DNA from: Candidatus Zipacnadia bacterium
Lineage (GTDB): Bacteria > Armatimonadota > Zipacnadia > Zipacnadales > UBA5352
Reading direction: 5' to 3'
Assembly (NCBI GenBank): GCA_029820295.1
Contig: JALGVA010000009.1
Location: forward strand, 1 to 58,191
DNA: 58,191 bases
Positions within the stretch are counted from its first letter, which is position 1. Every line of letters starts with the position of its first letter. This document shows, piece after piece, positions 39,123 through 54,929 of this stretch. A program made the position numbers and the translations under genes. The notes under the pieces are model-generated. The model saw only the letters and a list, made by a program, of their open reading frames with translations. It searched no databases and was not told the origin of the DNA.

Positions 39123-39145
39123 TCGAACATATGTTCCGATAGAAT
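39117..39145 (+). promoter_or_regulatory. uvrA promoter with a LexA (Cheo-type) SOS box in the spacer
   Basis: TTGACG - 17 nt - TAGAAT. The spacer is TCGAACATATGTTCCGA, matching the Gram-positive LexA consensus GAAC-N4-GTTC (perfect 12-bp palindrome GAACATATGTTC, 39125-39136). Confidence 0.55.
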
Positions 39146-39224
39146 CCCGGCAACGCACGGACGGCGCGCGGGCTCCGCGACCTGCGCTGCCGGCCCGTGA
39201 TACGACCATCGGAGTGACCCCTGC

Positions 39225-45484
<6,260 letters not shown>

Positions 45485-45488
<4 letters not shown>

Positions 45489-46150
45489 GCGAAGACTGGG
45501 AGTTCCCGCCCGCCGCGTTGTTCACGACCGTTGCAGTCGCGCCATGGCGTAAGCGCTCGGCGCGCATCGACGGCAAACTCGGCGACTGGGACGACGGCCA
45601 GCTCATGGCGCCGTTGGGCGAGCTGGCGGGCGGCGAGGAGTTCGCGCGGGTCTACCTGGCCTGGAACGAGGGCGGGCTCTACGTCGCGGTCGATGTCCCC
45701 AGGGACGAGCCGGTGGTGACCAACCGGCAGAACCCCCGCGCGGGCGATGCGCTGGAGCTGCTCATCGACACTCGCGGCGGGCGCACCAGCCACCGCGCCA
45801 CGCAGTTCTGCTACCACCTGTTCGTCCTGCCCGCCCGGCCGGGCAGGTCCCGCGGCGACCCGATGATCTGGCAGGCGCGCATGCGGCGGGCGTTGCAGCG
45901 CTCGCCCGAGCCGGACTTCGGGGCGATCCGCCTGGCGGCCGGCCTGCGCGATGACGGCTATGCGGTCGAGCTGGCCTTCCCGCCCGAGTCGCTGCACGGC
46001 TACGAGCCTGCGGAGGGGCTGCGCATCGGCATGGCGGTCGTCGTGCACGACATCCGGCGCGGCACGCAGTACTGGGGCACCTCGCGCGACTTCCCCTGGG
46101 ATCGCGACCCGAGCACCTGGGGCCTCGTCGAGCACGGCCCAACCGCATGA
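45485..46150 (+). CDS. cytoplasmic CBM9-like / DOMON-like beta-sandwich protein (hypothetical)
   Basis: 221 aa; ARIDGKLGDWDDG...LYVAVDVPRDEP...DALELLID...GYAVELAFP resembles the CBM9_1 domain. No signal peptide. Its ATGA start overlaps the uvrA-like stop. Confidence 0.45.
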
Positions 46151-46197
46151 CGGCGGCAGGACGATGGCCGTCGCGCTTCGTCGTCCTGGAAACGACT

Positions 46198-46219
46198 CGG
46201 CCGGGCTGAAGCCCGGCCG
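46198..46219. terminator. GC hairpin between convergent genes
   Basis: CGGCCGGGC tgaa GCCCGGCCG. Confidence 0.4.
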
Positions 46220-46343
46220 CTCCATGACGGCGACGACCGGCGCGCCGCCGTCGCTTGCGGCCTGCGGCTCGCCGTTGCCCCGAACGACAACGGCGGCGCC
46301 TTCCGGCGCCGCCGCGTCCGCCGCTGATATCAGCCCAGCGGCG

Positions 46344-47879
46344 TTACTCCCAGCCCCCGCCTTCCTCCTCCTGCGTGCCGAAGCGGCGCTCGCCGATGCC
46401 CATGCGCTGCAGCGCGCGCTCGGCCGCGTTGGCCACCATCGGGCTCGGGTCGCGCATCGCCTCGGTCAGCGCGGGCGCGGCCTCCCGGTTGCGCATGTTG
46501 CCCACCGACAGCACCGCCGCCCAGCGCACATCCTCGTTCGGGTCCTTGAAGAGCTGGATCAGCGCCTCGCTCGCGGCCGGCTGGATGAAATGCCCCAGCT
46601 CCGTTGCCGCCGCCTGGCGCACGGCCGACGACCTGTCTGCGGTCGCGCGCACCAGTGGCAGCAGCGCCCCCTCGTCGTGGATCCAGCCCAGCGCGCGCAC
46701 CGCCGCCTCGCGCACGCGGTCGGACTCGTCCTTCGTCGCCGCGTAGGACAGGTCATCCAGCGCCGCCAGCCCCGGCACTCCCGCCAGCGCCAGCGCCGCC
46801 CACCAGCGCACCTCCTCCTCCGGGTCGTGCAGCGCCTCACCCAGGATCGGCGCCGAACTCGCCTGCCCCAGGTAGCCCAGGCCCTGCGCCGCGCTTGCGC
46901 GCACCAGGTAGTCGGGATCGTTCTGCAGCGCGTGTTCCAGCGGCGCCACGCCTTCGAGGATCGCCGGGTGCGACTCCGGGATGCTCTGCTTCTTGATGTC
47001 CAGGGCCAGCCGCGCGAACTCCTGCTGCTGCTCGCTGGTGCCCGCGCAGATCAGGCCGACGGTGCACGCCGCCGCCGCGCGCGCCACCGGGTCCTCAGCG
47101 GTCTCCAGCACCTCGATGACCACCGGCAGCACCTTCTGCCCGATGGGCACGAGCTGCATCTGCAGTTGCGCCGTCGCGTCATCGCGCCGCCGCGCCAGCA
47201 CCCGCGCCACCCACTCGGCGGTGAGCATCGTCTCCCGGTTCTCCTTCGCCAGGCGCACCGTCATCTCCGCCCCCAGCGCCGCCGAGCGCACCGCCGCGTC
47301 CCCGGAGTCCTGCAGCCGCGCCAGCAGCGCGATCAGCTTCTCCGACAGCGGCGCGCGCGCCAGACTAGAGATCGCCATCTCGCGCACACCCGACTCCGGG
47401 TCGGTCTCCGCGGCCTGCGCGAGCGCATCCTCGGCCCCGGCCGGCATGGTGCCCAGCACCGCCGCCGCCTGCTGGCGCACCTGCGCCACCCTCGAGTTCA
47501 GCAGCAGGTCCTTGAGGATCGCCTGCGCCTGCCGCTTCTGCTCATCAGTGCCCACCATCAGCACGCCGCGCAGCCGATCCAGCTCCATGGTCGCGTACGA
47601 GCGATCGTAGTCGATCTCCATCTGCAGGCCCTGCAGCGCATCTCCAGGCACCGCGGCCGTCTCGGGCGTCATCTCGGCCGCTGCGTCGGGCGGCACCTCG
47701 CCCTCGTGCTCGTGGTCGGCCTCGCCCTCATGCTCGTGGTCGGCACGCCCCTCCTCGGGCGGCCGTTCGGTGACAATCTCGGTCGGCTGCTTCTGCTCCC
47801 GGCAGCCGCCCAGCGCGAGGATGCCTGTCCACGCCAGCAGCGCCATCAGCAGGAGGATCGGTCGCCATCTCATCCACAA
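46344..47879 (-). CDS. HEAT-repeat lipoprotein (PBS-lyase HEAT-like repeats)
   Basis: Signal peptide with lipobox LALGGC, then EGRADHEHEGEADHEHEGE, then at least 8 HEAT-like repeats (DPxxxVRxxAAxALG). Confidence 0.65.
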   Translation of the reverse strand: MWMRWRPILLLMALLAWTGILALGGCREQKQPTEIVTERPPEEGRADHEHEGEADHEHEGEVPPDAAAEMTPETAAVPGDALQGLQMEIDYDRSYATMELDRLRGVLMVGTDEQKRQAQAILKDLLLNSRVAQVRQQAAAVLGTMPAGAEDALAQAAETDPESGVREMAISSLARAPLSEKLIALLARLQDSGDAAVRSAALGAEMTVRLAKENRETMLTAEWVARVLARRRDDATAQLQMQLVPIGQKVLPVVIEVLETAEDPVARAAAACTVGLICAGTSEQQQEFARLALDIKKQSIPESHPAILEGVAPLEHALQNDPDYLVRASAAQGLGYLGQASSAPILGEALHDPEEEVRWWAALALAGVPGLAALDDLSYAATKDESDRVREAAVRALGWIHDEGALLPLVRATADRSSAVRQAAATELGHFIQPAASEALIQLFKDPNEDVRWAAVLSVGNMRNREAAPALTEAMRDPSPMVANAAERALQRMGIGERRFGTQEEEGGGWE

Positions 47880-48065
47880 GTCGCCCTCTCATCGTGAGTA
47901 CATCGCCCGGACACGCCCGCAGCCTGCGCGGCAACGCCCGCTGCGGACCCGCACAGGCTTCAACACCCGGCCGCCGGTGGCAAGTTCCCGGCGGAGGGCG
48001 CTTCTGTCGCCTCCCCGGCGGCCCGCGGCAGGTTCGGGCCCGGCCCGCCGCGAACATTCCTCCCG

Positions 48066-49094
<1,029 letters not shown>

Positions 49095-49109
49095 GGGAGC
49101 GACCGCCAC

Positions 49110-50225
49110 ATGCGCTTCACCATCGACGAGCAGTTGGCCGACGGCCGCGGGCGCACCGGCACGCTGGAGCTGGCGCACGGGGTCGTGCGTACGCCCGCGT
49201 ACATGCCGTGTGCCAGCCGCGCCGCGGTGCGCGCCTGCCCGCCCGGTGAGATCGCCGCCGCGGGCGTGCAGATCGTCGTCGCCAACGCCTACCACCTGCA
49301 CCTGCGCCCGGGCGAGGACGTCGTGGGGGACTGCGGTGGCCTGCACCGCTTCATGCGCTGGGACCGCCCCATCCTCACCGACAGCGGCGGCTTCCAGGTG
49401 TTCTCGCTCGCCGACCGCAACTGCATCACCGAGGAAGGCGTGACCTTCCGCTCGCCGGTCGATGGCCACGAGATCCTGCTCACCCCCGAGCTGTCGGTGC
49501 AGATTCAGATGACGCTCGGCGGCGACATCGCCATGCCGCTCGACGAGTGCTGCCCGTGCCCGGCCGAGCGCGACTACGTCGAGCGCTCGATCGAACGCAC
49601 GCTGCGCTGGGCGGAGCGCTCGCTGGCCGCCCATCGTCACGACGCACAGCGGCTCTTCGGCATCGTGCAGGGCGGCGTCTACCCGCAGTTGCGCGCCCGC
49701 AGTGCGCGCGCGACCGCCGAGCTGGGCTTCCCGGGCTTCGGCATCGGCGGGCTGTCGGTCGGCGAAAGGCGCGACGAGATGCTGGTGGCGCTGCGCGCGG
49801 CGATGGCGGCGCTGCCCGCCGATCGCCCGGTGCACCTCATGGGCGTGGGCACGCCGCTGGACATCGTCGACTGCGCCGCCGAGGGCGTGGACCTGTTCGA
49901 CTGCGTGCTGCCCACGCGCAACGCCCGCCACGGGGGCGTGATGACCTGGGAGGGCGTGCTGCGCATCGCGGCGGCCGAGCACGAGCGCGACACGCGGACA
50001 CTCTCTGAGGAGTGTGACTGCCCGGCCTGCGCGCAGGGCTTCTCCCGCGCCTACCTGCGCCACCTCTTCCGCATCAAGGAGCCGCTGGGCTGGCAGCTCC
50101 TGAGCCTGCACAACGTGCGGTTCTACACGCAACTGCTGGAGCGCGTGCGCGCGGCCATCGCCGCCGACGCGCTGGGCGAGCTGCGCGCGCAACTCTCGGC
50201 GTGGAGCGAGAGGGATCGGGCGTGA
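49110..50225 (+). CDS. tgt: queuine tRNA-ribosyltransferase (tRNA-guanine transglycosylase)
   Basis: 371 aa with DSGGFQ and a zinc site (CDCPAC...H). Confidence 0.85.
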   Translation: MRFTIDEQLADGRGRTGTLELAHGVVRTPAYMPCASRAAVRACPPGEIAAAGVQIVVANAYHLHLRPGEDVVGDCGGLHRFMRWDRPILTDSGGFQVFSLADRNCITEEGVTFRSPVDGHEILLTPELSVQIQMTLGGDIAMPLDECCPCPAERDYVERSIERTLRWAERSLAAHRHDAQRLFGIVQGGVYPQLRARSARATAELGFPGFGIGGLSVGERRDEMLVALRAAMAALPADRPVHLMGVGTPLDIVDCAAEGVDLFDCVLPTRNARHGGVMTWEGVLRIAAAEHERDTRTLSEECDCPACAQGFSRAYLRHLFRIKEPLGWQLLSLHNVRFYTQLLERVRAAIAADALGELRAQLSAWSERDRA

Positions 50226-51508
50226 GCTTCGTCGAGAAGCCGCCGCTGAGCATCGAGCCGCCGGATGACATACCGGTGTACTTCGCCACGCTCATTGCCG
50301 GTCTGGAGCTGATCGTGGCCGACGAGGTCGAGCAGCGCCTGCCCGCGGCGCAGGTGCTGGGGGCGCTGCGCGGCAAGCTGGTGTTCGCCTCGCCCGAGCC
50401 ACCCGGGGCGGCGCTTGAGCTGGGGACGATCGAGCATCTCTTCGCCTGGGCGGGGCAGATTGAGGCGCTACCCACCTCGCGCGAGGGGCTGGAGGTCATC
50501 GAGCGCGAGCTGGAGGCGCTCGACCTGGGCCCGGCGCTGTCGCTCTTCCACCGCCTGCACGGTGAGCCCGAGCAGCCCGGCTTCCGCATCACCGCCCAGC
50601 GCGCCGGGAACCACGAGTACAACTCGGTGGAGATCGCGGCGGCGGCGGGCGCGGGCGTCAACCGGCGTTACGGCTGGGCGGTCGATCTCACGCAGTACGA
50701 CTACGACGTACGCGTCTACGTGACCGATGACAGCGCCCTCGTGGGCCTGCGGTTGTCCGAGGAGGCGCTGCACCGGCGCGCGCGCGTACGCCACGCGGCG
50801 GCCTCACTGAATCCCACGGTGGCGCATGCCATGTGCCGGCTGGCCGCGCACGCGCTCGGGCGGGCGTCGGCCGAGCGGGCGACTCCCGCCGGCCGCCCCT
50901 CCGGCCCGGACGGACCGCCCCACCTGGCCGAGGAGGCGTCGGCCTTCCCCGCCGCCGTGGTCGGGCAGGTGTTCGTGGACCCGATGTGCGGCGCCGGGAC
51001 GATCCTGATCGAGCGCGCGTCCCTGGGCGAGGTCGGCCTGCTGGTAGGTGGCGAGCTGCACGAGCAGCCGCTGGCGGCTGCGCGCGAGAACCTGGCGGCG
51101 GCGTCACTGAGCCGGCCTGCGGGGCGCGAGAACCTGGCGGCGGCCTGCGGGAGCCCGGCCGCGTCGGCCGAGGGGCCGGCGGACCCGGGGCTCAGCGCCG
51201 CGCTGGTGCGTTGGGATGCGCGCCGGCTGCCCCTGCGGCGCGGCAGCGTGGACGCGGTCGCATGCAACCTGCCGTGGGGTCGGCGCGTGGGCTCCCACCG
51301 CGCCAACCGGCACCTCTACCCGGGCTTCATGCGGGAGCTGGGGCGCGTGCTGCGCCCCGGCGGGGTCGCGGTGCTGCTGACGCAGGAGAAGCGCCTGATC
51401 GCCCGCCTGATGGCGAAGAGTCGCAAGCTGACGCTCGTCGAGCAGTACCCCCTGAGCCTGTCGGGGATGTACCCGACGATCTACGTCCTCACCCGCACCG
51501 CCGACTGA
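50222..51508 (+). CDS. THUMP-domain plus class I SAM-dependent methyltransferase (RNA m2G-type, RlmL/Trm14-like)
   Basis: Methyltransferase motif I VFVDPMCGAGTILIE and NLPWG motif IV (N6/N2 amino-methyltransferase DPPY-like). The GTG start overlaps the tgt stop (GTGA); ATG 50201 is an alternative. An internal duplication of about 20 bp (REN LAAA) lies at 51073 and 51125. Confidence 0.6.
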   Translation: MSFVEKPPLSIEPPDDIPVYFATLIAGLELIVADEVEQRLPAAQVLGALRGKLVFASPEPPGAALELGTIEHLFAWAGQIEALPTSREGLEVIERELEALDLGPALSLFHRLHGEPEQPGFRITAQRAGNHEYNSVEIAAAAGAGVNRRYGWAVDLTQYDYDVRVYVTDDSALVGLRLSEEALHRRARVRHAAASLNPTVAHAMCRLAAHALGRASAERATPAGRPSGPDGPPHLAEEASAFPAAVVGQVFVDPMCGAGTILIERASLGEVGLLVGGELHEQPLAAARENLAAASLSRPAGRENLAAACGSPAASAEGPADPGLSAALVRWDARRLPLRRGSVDAVACNLPWGRRVGSHRANRHLYPGFMRELGRVLRPGGVAVLLTQEKRLIARLMAKSRKLTLVEQYPLSLSGMYPTIYVLTRTAD

Positions 51509-51617
51509 CGGCCGTTGCCGTTGGTCGTCGTCCGTGGCATCCCGCCCACCGGCGGGACCCGTGGGCCGTTGCCGTCTCCCTCCGCCGTTGCCGACGACCG
51601 GCGACAGCCAGAACCGC

Positions 51618-51649
51618 GACCGGCCCGCGGTCTCACCGGCGGGCCGGTC
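51618..51649. terminator. GC hairpin (11-bp stem) between convergent genes
   Basis: GACCGGCCCGC ggtctcaccg GCGGGCCGGTC. Confidence 0.4.
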
Positions 51650-51673
51650 CGATGCGTCACGATGCCTGCGGCG

Positions 51674-52429
51674 TTACTCGTTGAGCTGGAACTTGTAGCC
51701 CACGCCCCAGACGGTCGCGATGCTCCACGGCACCGCGCGCCCCTCCTCGATTTTGCGGCGCAGGCGCTTGATGTGCGTGTCCACGGTGCGCAGGTCGCCG
51801 CCACCATCGCTGCGCCCCCAGATGTCCCGGATGATCTCCTCGCGCTCGAACACGACGTTGGGCTTGGACGCGAGGTAGACCAGCAGCCCGAACTCCTTGG
51901 GCGTCAGGTGCTCGACCTGCCCCTGCACGGTTACGCTGCGCTTGGGGATGTCGATCTCAAGGTCCGGGAAGCTCAGGTGTTCCAGCGGCTCGGTATGCTC
52001 ACGGTTGATCTTCACCCGCCGCAGCATGGCCCGCACGCGGGCCACCAGCTCGCGCGTCCCGAACGGCTTGGTGATGTAGTCGTCCGCCCCTACCTCCAGC
52101 CCGATCACCGCATCGATCTCGTCGTCCTTGGCCGTGAGCATGATGATCGGGAGATCGTACTTGCGGCGGATGCGGCGGCACACCTCGAGCCCGTCGATGC
52201 CGGGCAGGATCAGGTCCAGCAGGAGGAGGTCCGGCATGTCGCTCTCGATGAGTTCGAGTCCGTCCTCCCCGGTATCCGCGACCTGCACGTCGAAGCCCTC
52301 GGCCTCGAGCTTGGTCGCGACCAGCTTGCTGCACTGCGGATCGTCTTCAATGATGACAACTCGCCTGGGTTCCAGATACGCCACCTCCAGAGACTCGGGA
52401 TCCTCCCCCACTGTGGGCAGCTCGAGCAC
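51674..52429 (-). CDS. OmpR-family response regulator (REC plus winged-helix), no adjacent kinase
   Basis: RVVIIEDD...LLLLDLILPGIDGLEV...MLTAKDDE plus a C-terminal wHTH (LTPKEFGLLVYLA...VWGVGYKF). The exact start (GTG or TTG) is uncertain. Confidence 0.75.
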   Translation of the reverse strand: MLELPTVGEDPESLEVAYLEPRRVVIIEDDPQCSKLVATKLEAEGFDVQVADTGEDGLELIESDMPDLLLLDLILPGIDGLEVCRRIRRKYDLPIIMLTAKDDEIDAVIGLEVGADDYITKPFGTRELVARVRAMLRRVKINREHTEPLEHLSFPDLEIDIPKRSVTVQGQVEHLTPKEFGLLVYLASKPNVVFEREEIIRDIWGRSDGGGDLRTVDTHIKRLRRKIEEGRAVPWSIATVWGVGYKFQLNE

Positions 52430-52737
52430 GTGCGAAAGTGATGGCCCCCGCCACTACGATTTGTGAAAGTTATCATACCACGAGTTGTCGCGCGAGGCAA
52501 CAGCATTTCGAGCTTCCGTGACAGTAACGGCTCTCCCGCCGGTCAGGTTCCATGGATGGCCGCATCTCGCAGGCCGCCGGCTCCATCAGTTGTGTCGATG
52601 CCGGCGAGAGTGGAAAAATCCTGAGGACAGATCAACGCGCATGCTGACGTGATGGCGATATCATGCTCAGGTACACAGGCGGGCGGACGCGGCCACACCG
52701 AGCCGTCCGCGAGTCTGTCACAACAGGCATACGTGCC

Positions 52738-53697
52738 TCAGCAGGGACGTTCGGCGAGCGCGGCGACTTCGGCGAAGTCGGGGCCGGGCTGAGAGACGTC
52801 GCGGCTGATGCGCAGGGCGGCGGCGTCGGACGCGAAGCGAGCGGCGCGCTGGGGAGACATCCCGGCCAGGTGAGCGGCGACGAAGCCGGCGTGGAAGGTG
52901 TCGCCGGCGCCGATATCATAGACCACCGGCACGCGACGCGCCGGCACATCGTGTATCCGACCGCCGGCGAGCACGACAGCGCCATCCTCGCCGCCGGTGA
53001 TGACCACGATTCGGGCGCCGAGGTTGGGCGCAGCCGCGATCACTTCGCGCGTGCTGCTCTTCCCCGTGACGAGTTGGGCCTCGTCTGAGTTCATGAGCAC
53101 GATGTCGGCGGCGGCGCAGGCGCGACGCTGTACCGCCACGATCTCCTCGGTGCTCTGCCCGCGCCAGGCGCCCGGGCGGTAGTTGACCGCGTAGCAGACC
53201 TCACGCCCGGCCTCCCTGGCCATGCGCGCGGCGGCGAGCGCGGCCGAGCGCAGCGGCTCGTTGCGCACGGTGGCCTCGGTGAAGTCGAACAGCCGGCCGG
53301 CGGTCACTTGAGCGCGGTCAAGCGCCTCCACGGTCAGCTCGCCCAGGGGGTCACACCAGCCGGGGAAGCGGTAGAAGAAGAAGGTCTTGGCGCCATCCTG
53401 ATCCATCCACGCGAAGGAGACCGGAGTGAGCTGGCCGGGGACGGGGGCGACGAACTCGGTGCCGATGCCCCGCGCGGCCAGCGCTGCGACCAGCCACCGG
53501 CCCAGCTCATCATCGCCCACGCGCGTGAGCAGGCGCACCGACGTCCCGAGCGCCGCGAGCGAGCCGGCGAAGTTCGCCGCTGAGCCCGAGGGGAGCGGCA
53601 CCATTGTCTCGACGTGCGCCAGCGGCCGTCCCATCTCGGCCGGGACGATCTCGACCATGGCGGAGCCGATGACCACGACGTCGCACGCGGGATTCAT
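52738..53697 (-). CDS. PfkB-family sugar kinase (KdgK/fructokinase-like)
   Basis: 319 aa with a C-terminal DIGAGDTFHAGF motif. Confidence 0.7.
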   Translation of the reverse strand: MNPACDVVVIGSAMVEIVPAEMGRPLAHVETMVPLPSGSAANFAGSLAALGTSVRLLTRVGDDELGRWLVAALAARGIGTEFVAPVPGQLTPVSFAWMDQDGAKTFFFYRFPGWCDPLGELTVEALDRAQVTAGRLFDFTEATVRNEPLRSAALAAARMAREAGREVCYAVNYRPGAWRGQSTEEIVAVQRRACAAADIVLMNSDEAQLVTGKSSTREVIAAAPNLGARIVVITGGEDGAVVLAGGRIHDVPARRVPVVYDIGAGDTFHAGFVAAHLAGMSPQRAARFASDAAALRISRDVSQPGPDFAEVAALAERPC

Positions 53698-53703
53698 CGG
53701 GCC

Positions 53704-54402
53704 TCACGCCTCGGCCATGCGTTCGGGGGCCGCGAGCAGTTCCGCCAGCGCGGCCAGGAAGACTGCGCCCTCAGCACCGTCGATGGCGCGGTGATCCACG
53801 ACCAGGGTCAGCCAGGTGGCGCTGCACACGACCACCTGGCCGTCCACGACCATCGGCTGCGGCCGCATTGAGCCGATGCCGAGGATGCCCACCTGCGGCG
53901 GGCTGATGATGGGCGCGAATGAGTCGATGCCGATCGGCCCCAGGTTGGAGATGGTGAAGCCCGCCCCCATCTGCAGCGACGCCCGCAACTTGCCCTCACG
54001 CGCCAGCGCGATCATCTCGCCGGTCTCCGCCGCGATCTCCGCCAGCGGCTTGACGTCGGCCTCGCGCACCGTGGGCAGCAGCACACCCTGGTCGGTGCTC
54101 ACCGCGAAACCAACATTGACGCTGTCGAGGATCATCAACTTCTCATCATCGCACCAGGCATTGAGCCGCGGATGCTCCCGCAACGTCAGGGCGACCGCCT
54201 TGATGAACAGGTCATTGTGGCTGGGCGTGGTCCCACTCGCCTGCTTCAGCTTGCTGCGGAACTCCACCAGCGGCCCCATGTCCACCAGCGTGCGCAGATG
54301 GAACTGTGGGATCTCGTTGACGCTCCTGAGTGTGTGCTCGCCGATCGCCCTGCGCACACGCGTGTGCTCCTCGACCGTGTAGCTCTCTTCGCGACGTGCC
54401 AC
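53704..54402 (-). CDS. standalone 2-oxoacid dehydrogenase E2 acyltransferase catalytic domain (no lipoyl or E3-binding domains)
   Basis: 233 aa from a GTG start with a GGGAGG RBS. Catalytic motif DHRAIDGAEGAVFL near the C-terminus. Confidence 0.6.
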   Translation of the reverse strand: MARREESYTVEEHTRVRRAIGEHTLRSVNEIPQFHLRTLVDMGPLVEFRSKLKQASGTTPSHNDLFIKAVALTLREHPRLNAWCDDEKLMILDSVNVGFAVSTDQGVLLPTVREADVKPLAEIAAETGEMIALAREGKLRASLQMGAGFTISNLGPIGIDSFAPIISPPQVGILGIGSMRPQPMVVDGQVVVCSATWLTLVVDHRAIDGAEGAVFLAALAELLAAPERMAEA

Positions 54403-54550
54403 TGGGGATGCCTCCCTGCATCGTCCGTCGTGTCTGCGGAGGTATTCGCCCTCGTGCCTCGCGTGCCCTGCGCGGGCGAGGGTAACGGCACACGGCAGAG
54501 ACGGCATGCAGGGGAGGGCTTCTTCTTGGAAGAAGCCGCTCGCAGATCAC

Positions 54551-54613
54551 TCGCTACGCTCACGATCACCCGGGAGTTCGCTACGCTCACGATCACCCGG
54601 GAGTTCGCTACGC
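54551..54613. repeat. 27-bp direct tandem repeat (2.3 copies) in the divergent promoter region between the E2-like and TIM-barrel genes
   Basis: TCGCTACGCTCACGATCACCCGGGAGT occurs twice, then TCGCTACGC once. The last unit merges into the palindrome GGAGTTCGC tac GCGAACTCC (54599-54619). Confidence 0.7.
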
Positions 54614-54929
54614 GAACTCCGTCCCCCACGCTCGCTTCGCCTGCGCCGCTGCGCACTTCGTGCGCCCGCGGGCGGGGCGTGCCCGGGGGCGACGGTGCCC
54701 CGGGGGAGTGCTGCGCCGTGGCGTCGGCTCAGGCCTCGCGCCCGGGCGGGGACGTCCGGGCCACGGACGCGACGGGCGCCCTTGGGCGAGGTACGACGGC
54801 TGAGCGAGGAGGTCGCGCGGCTCCGGTGGCGAAGGCACGGAGCGCGGTGGTGAGGCGCGTGGGTAGGTGGAGGCCGCTCTCGCCCCGCGGCAACAGCGCA
54901 CGCGAGATCACTTCGACAGGGTGATTTTC

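Noticed and set aside
54551-54619. Possible mini-CRISPR array
   Set aside because: These are direct tandem repeats with no intervening unique spacers, only 2.3 units, and no cas genes in the window.
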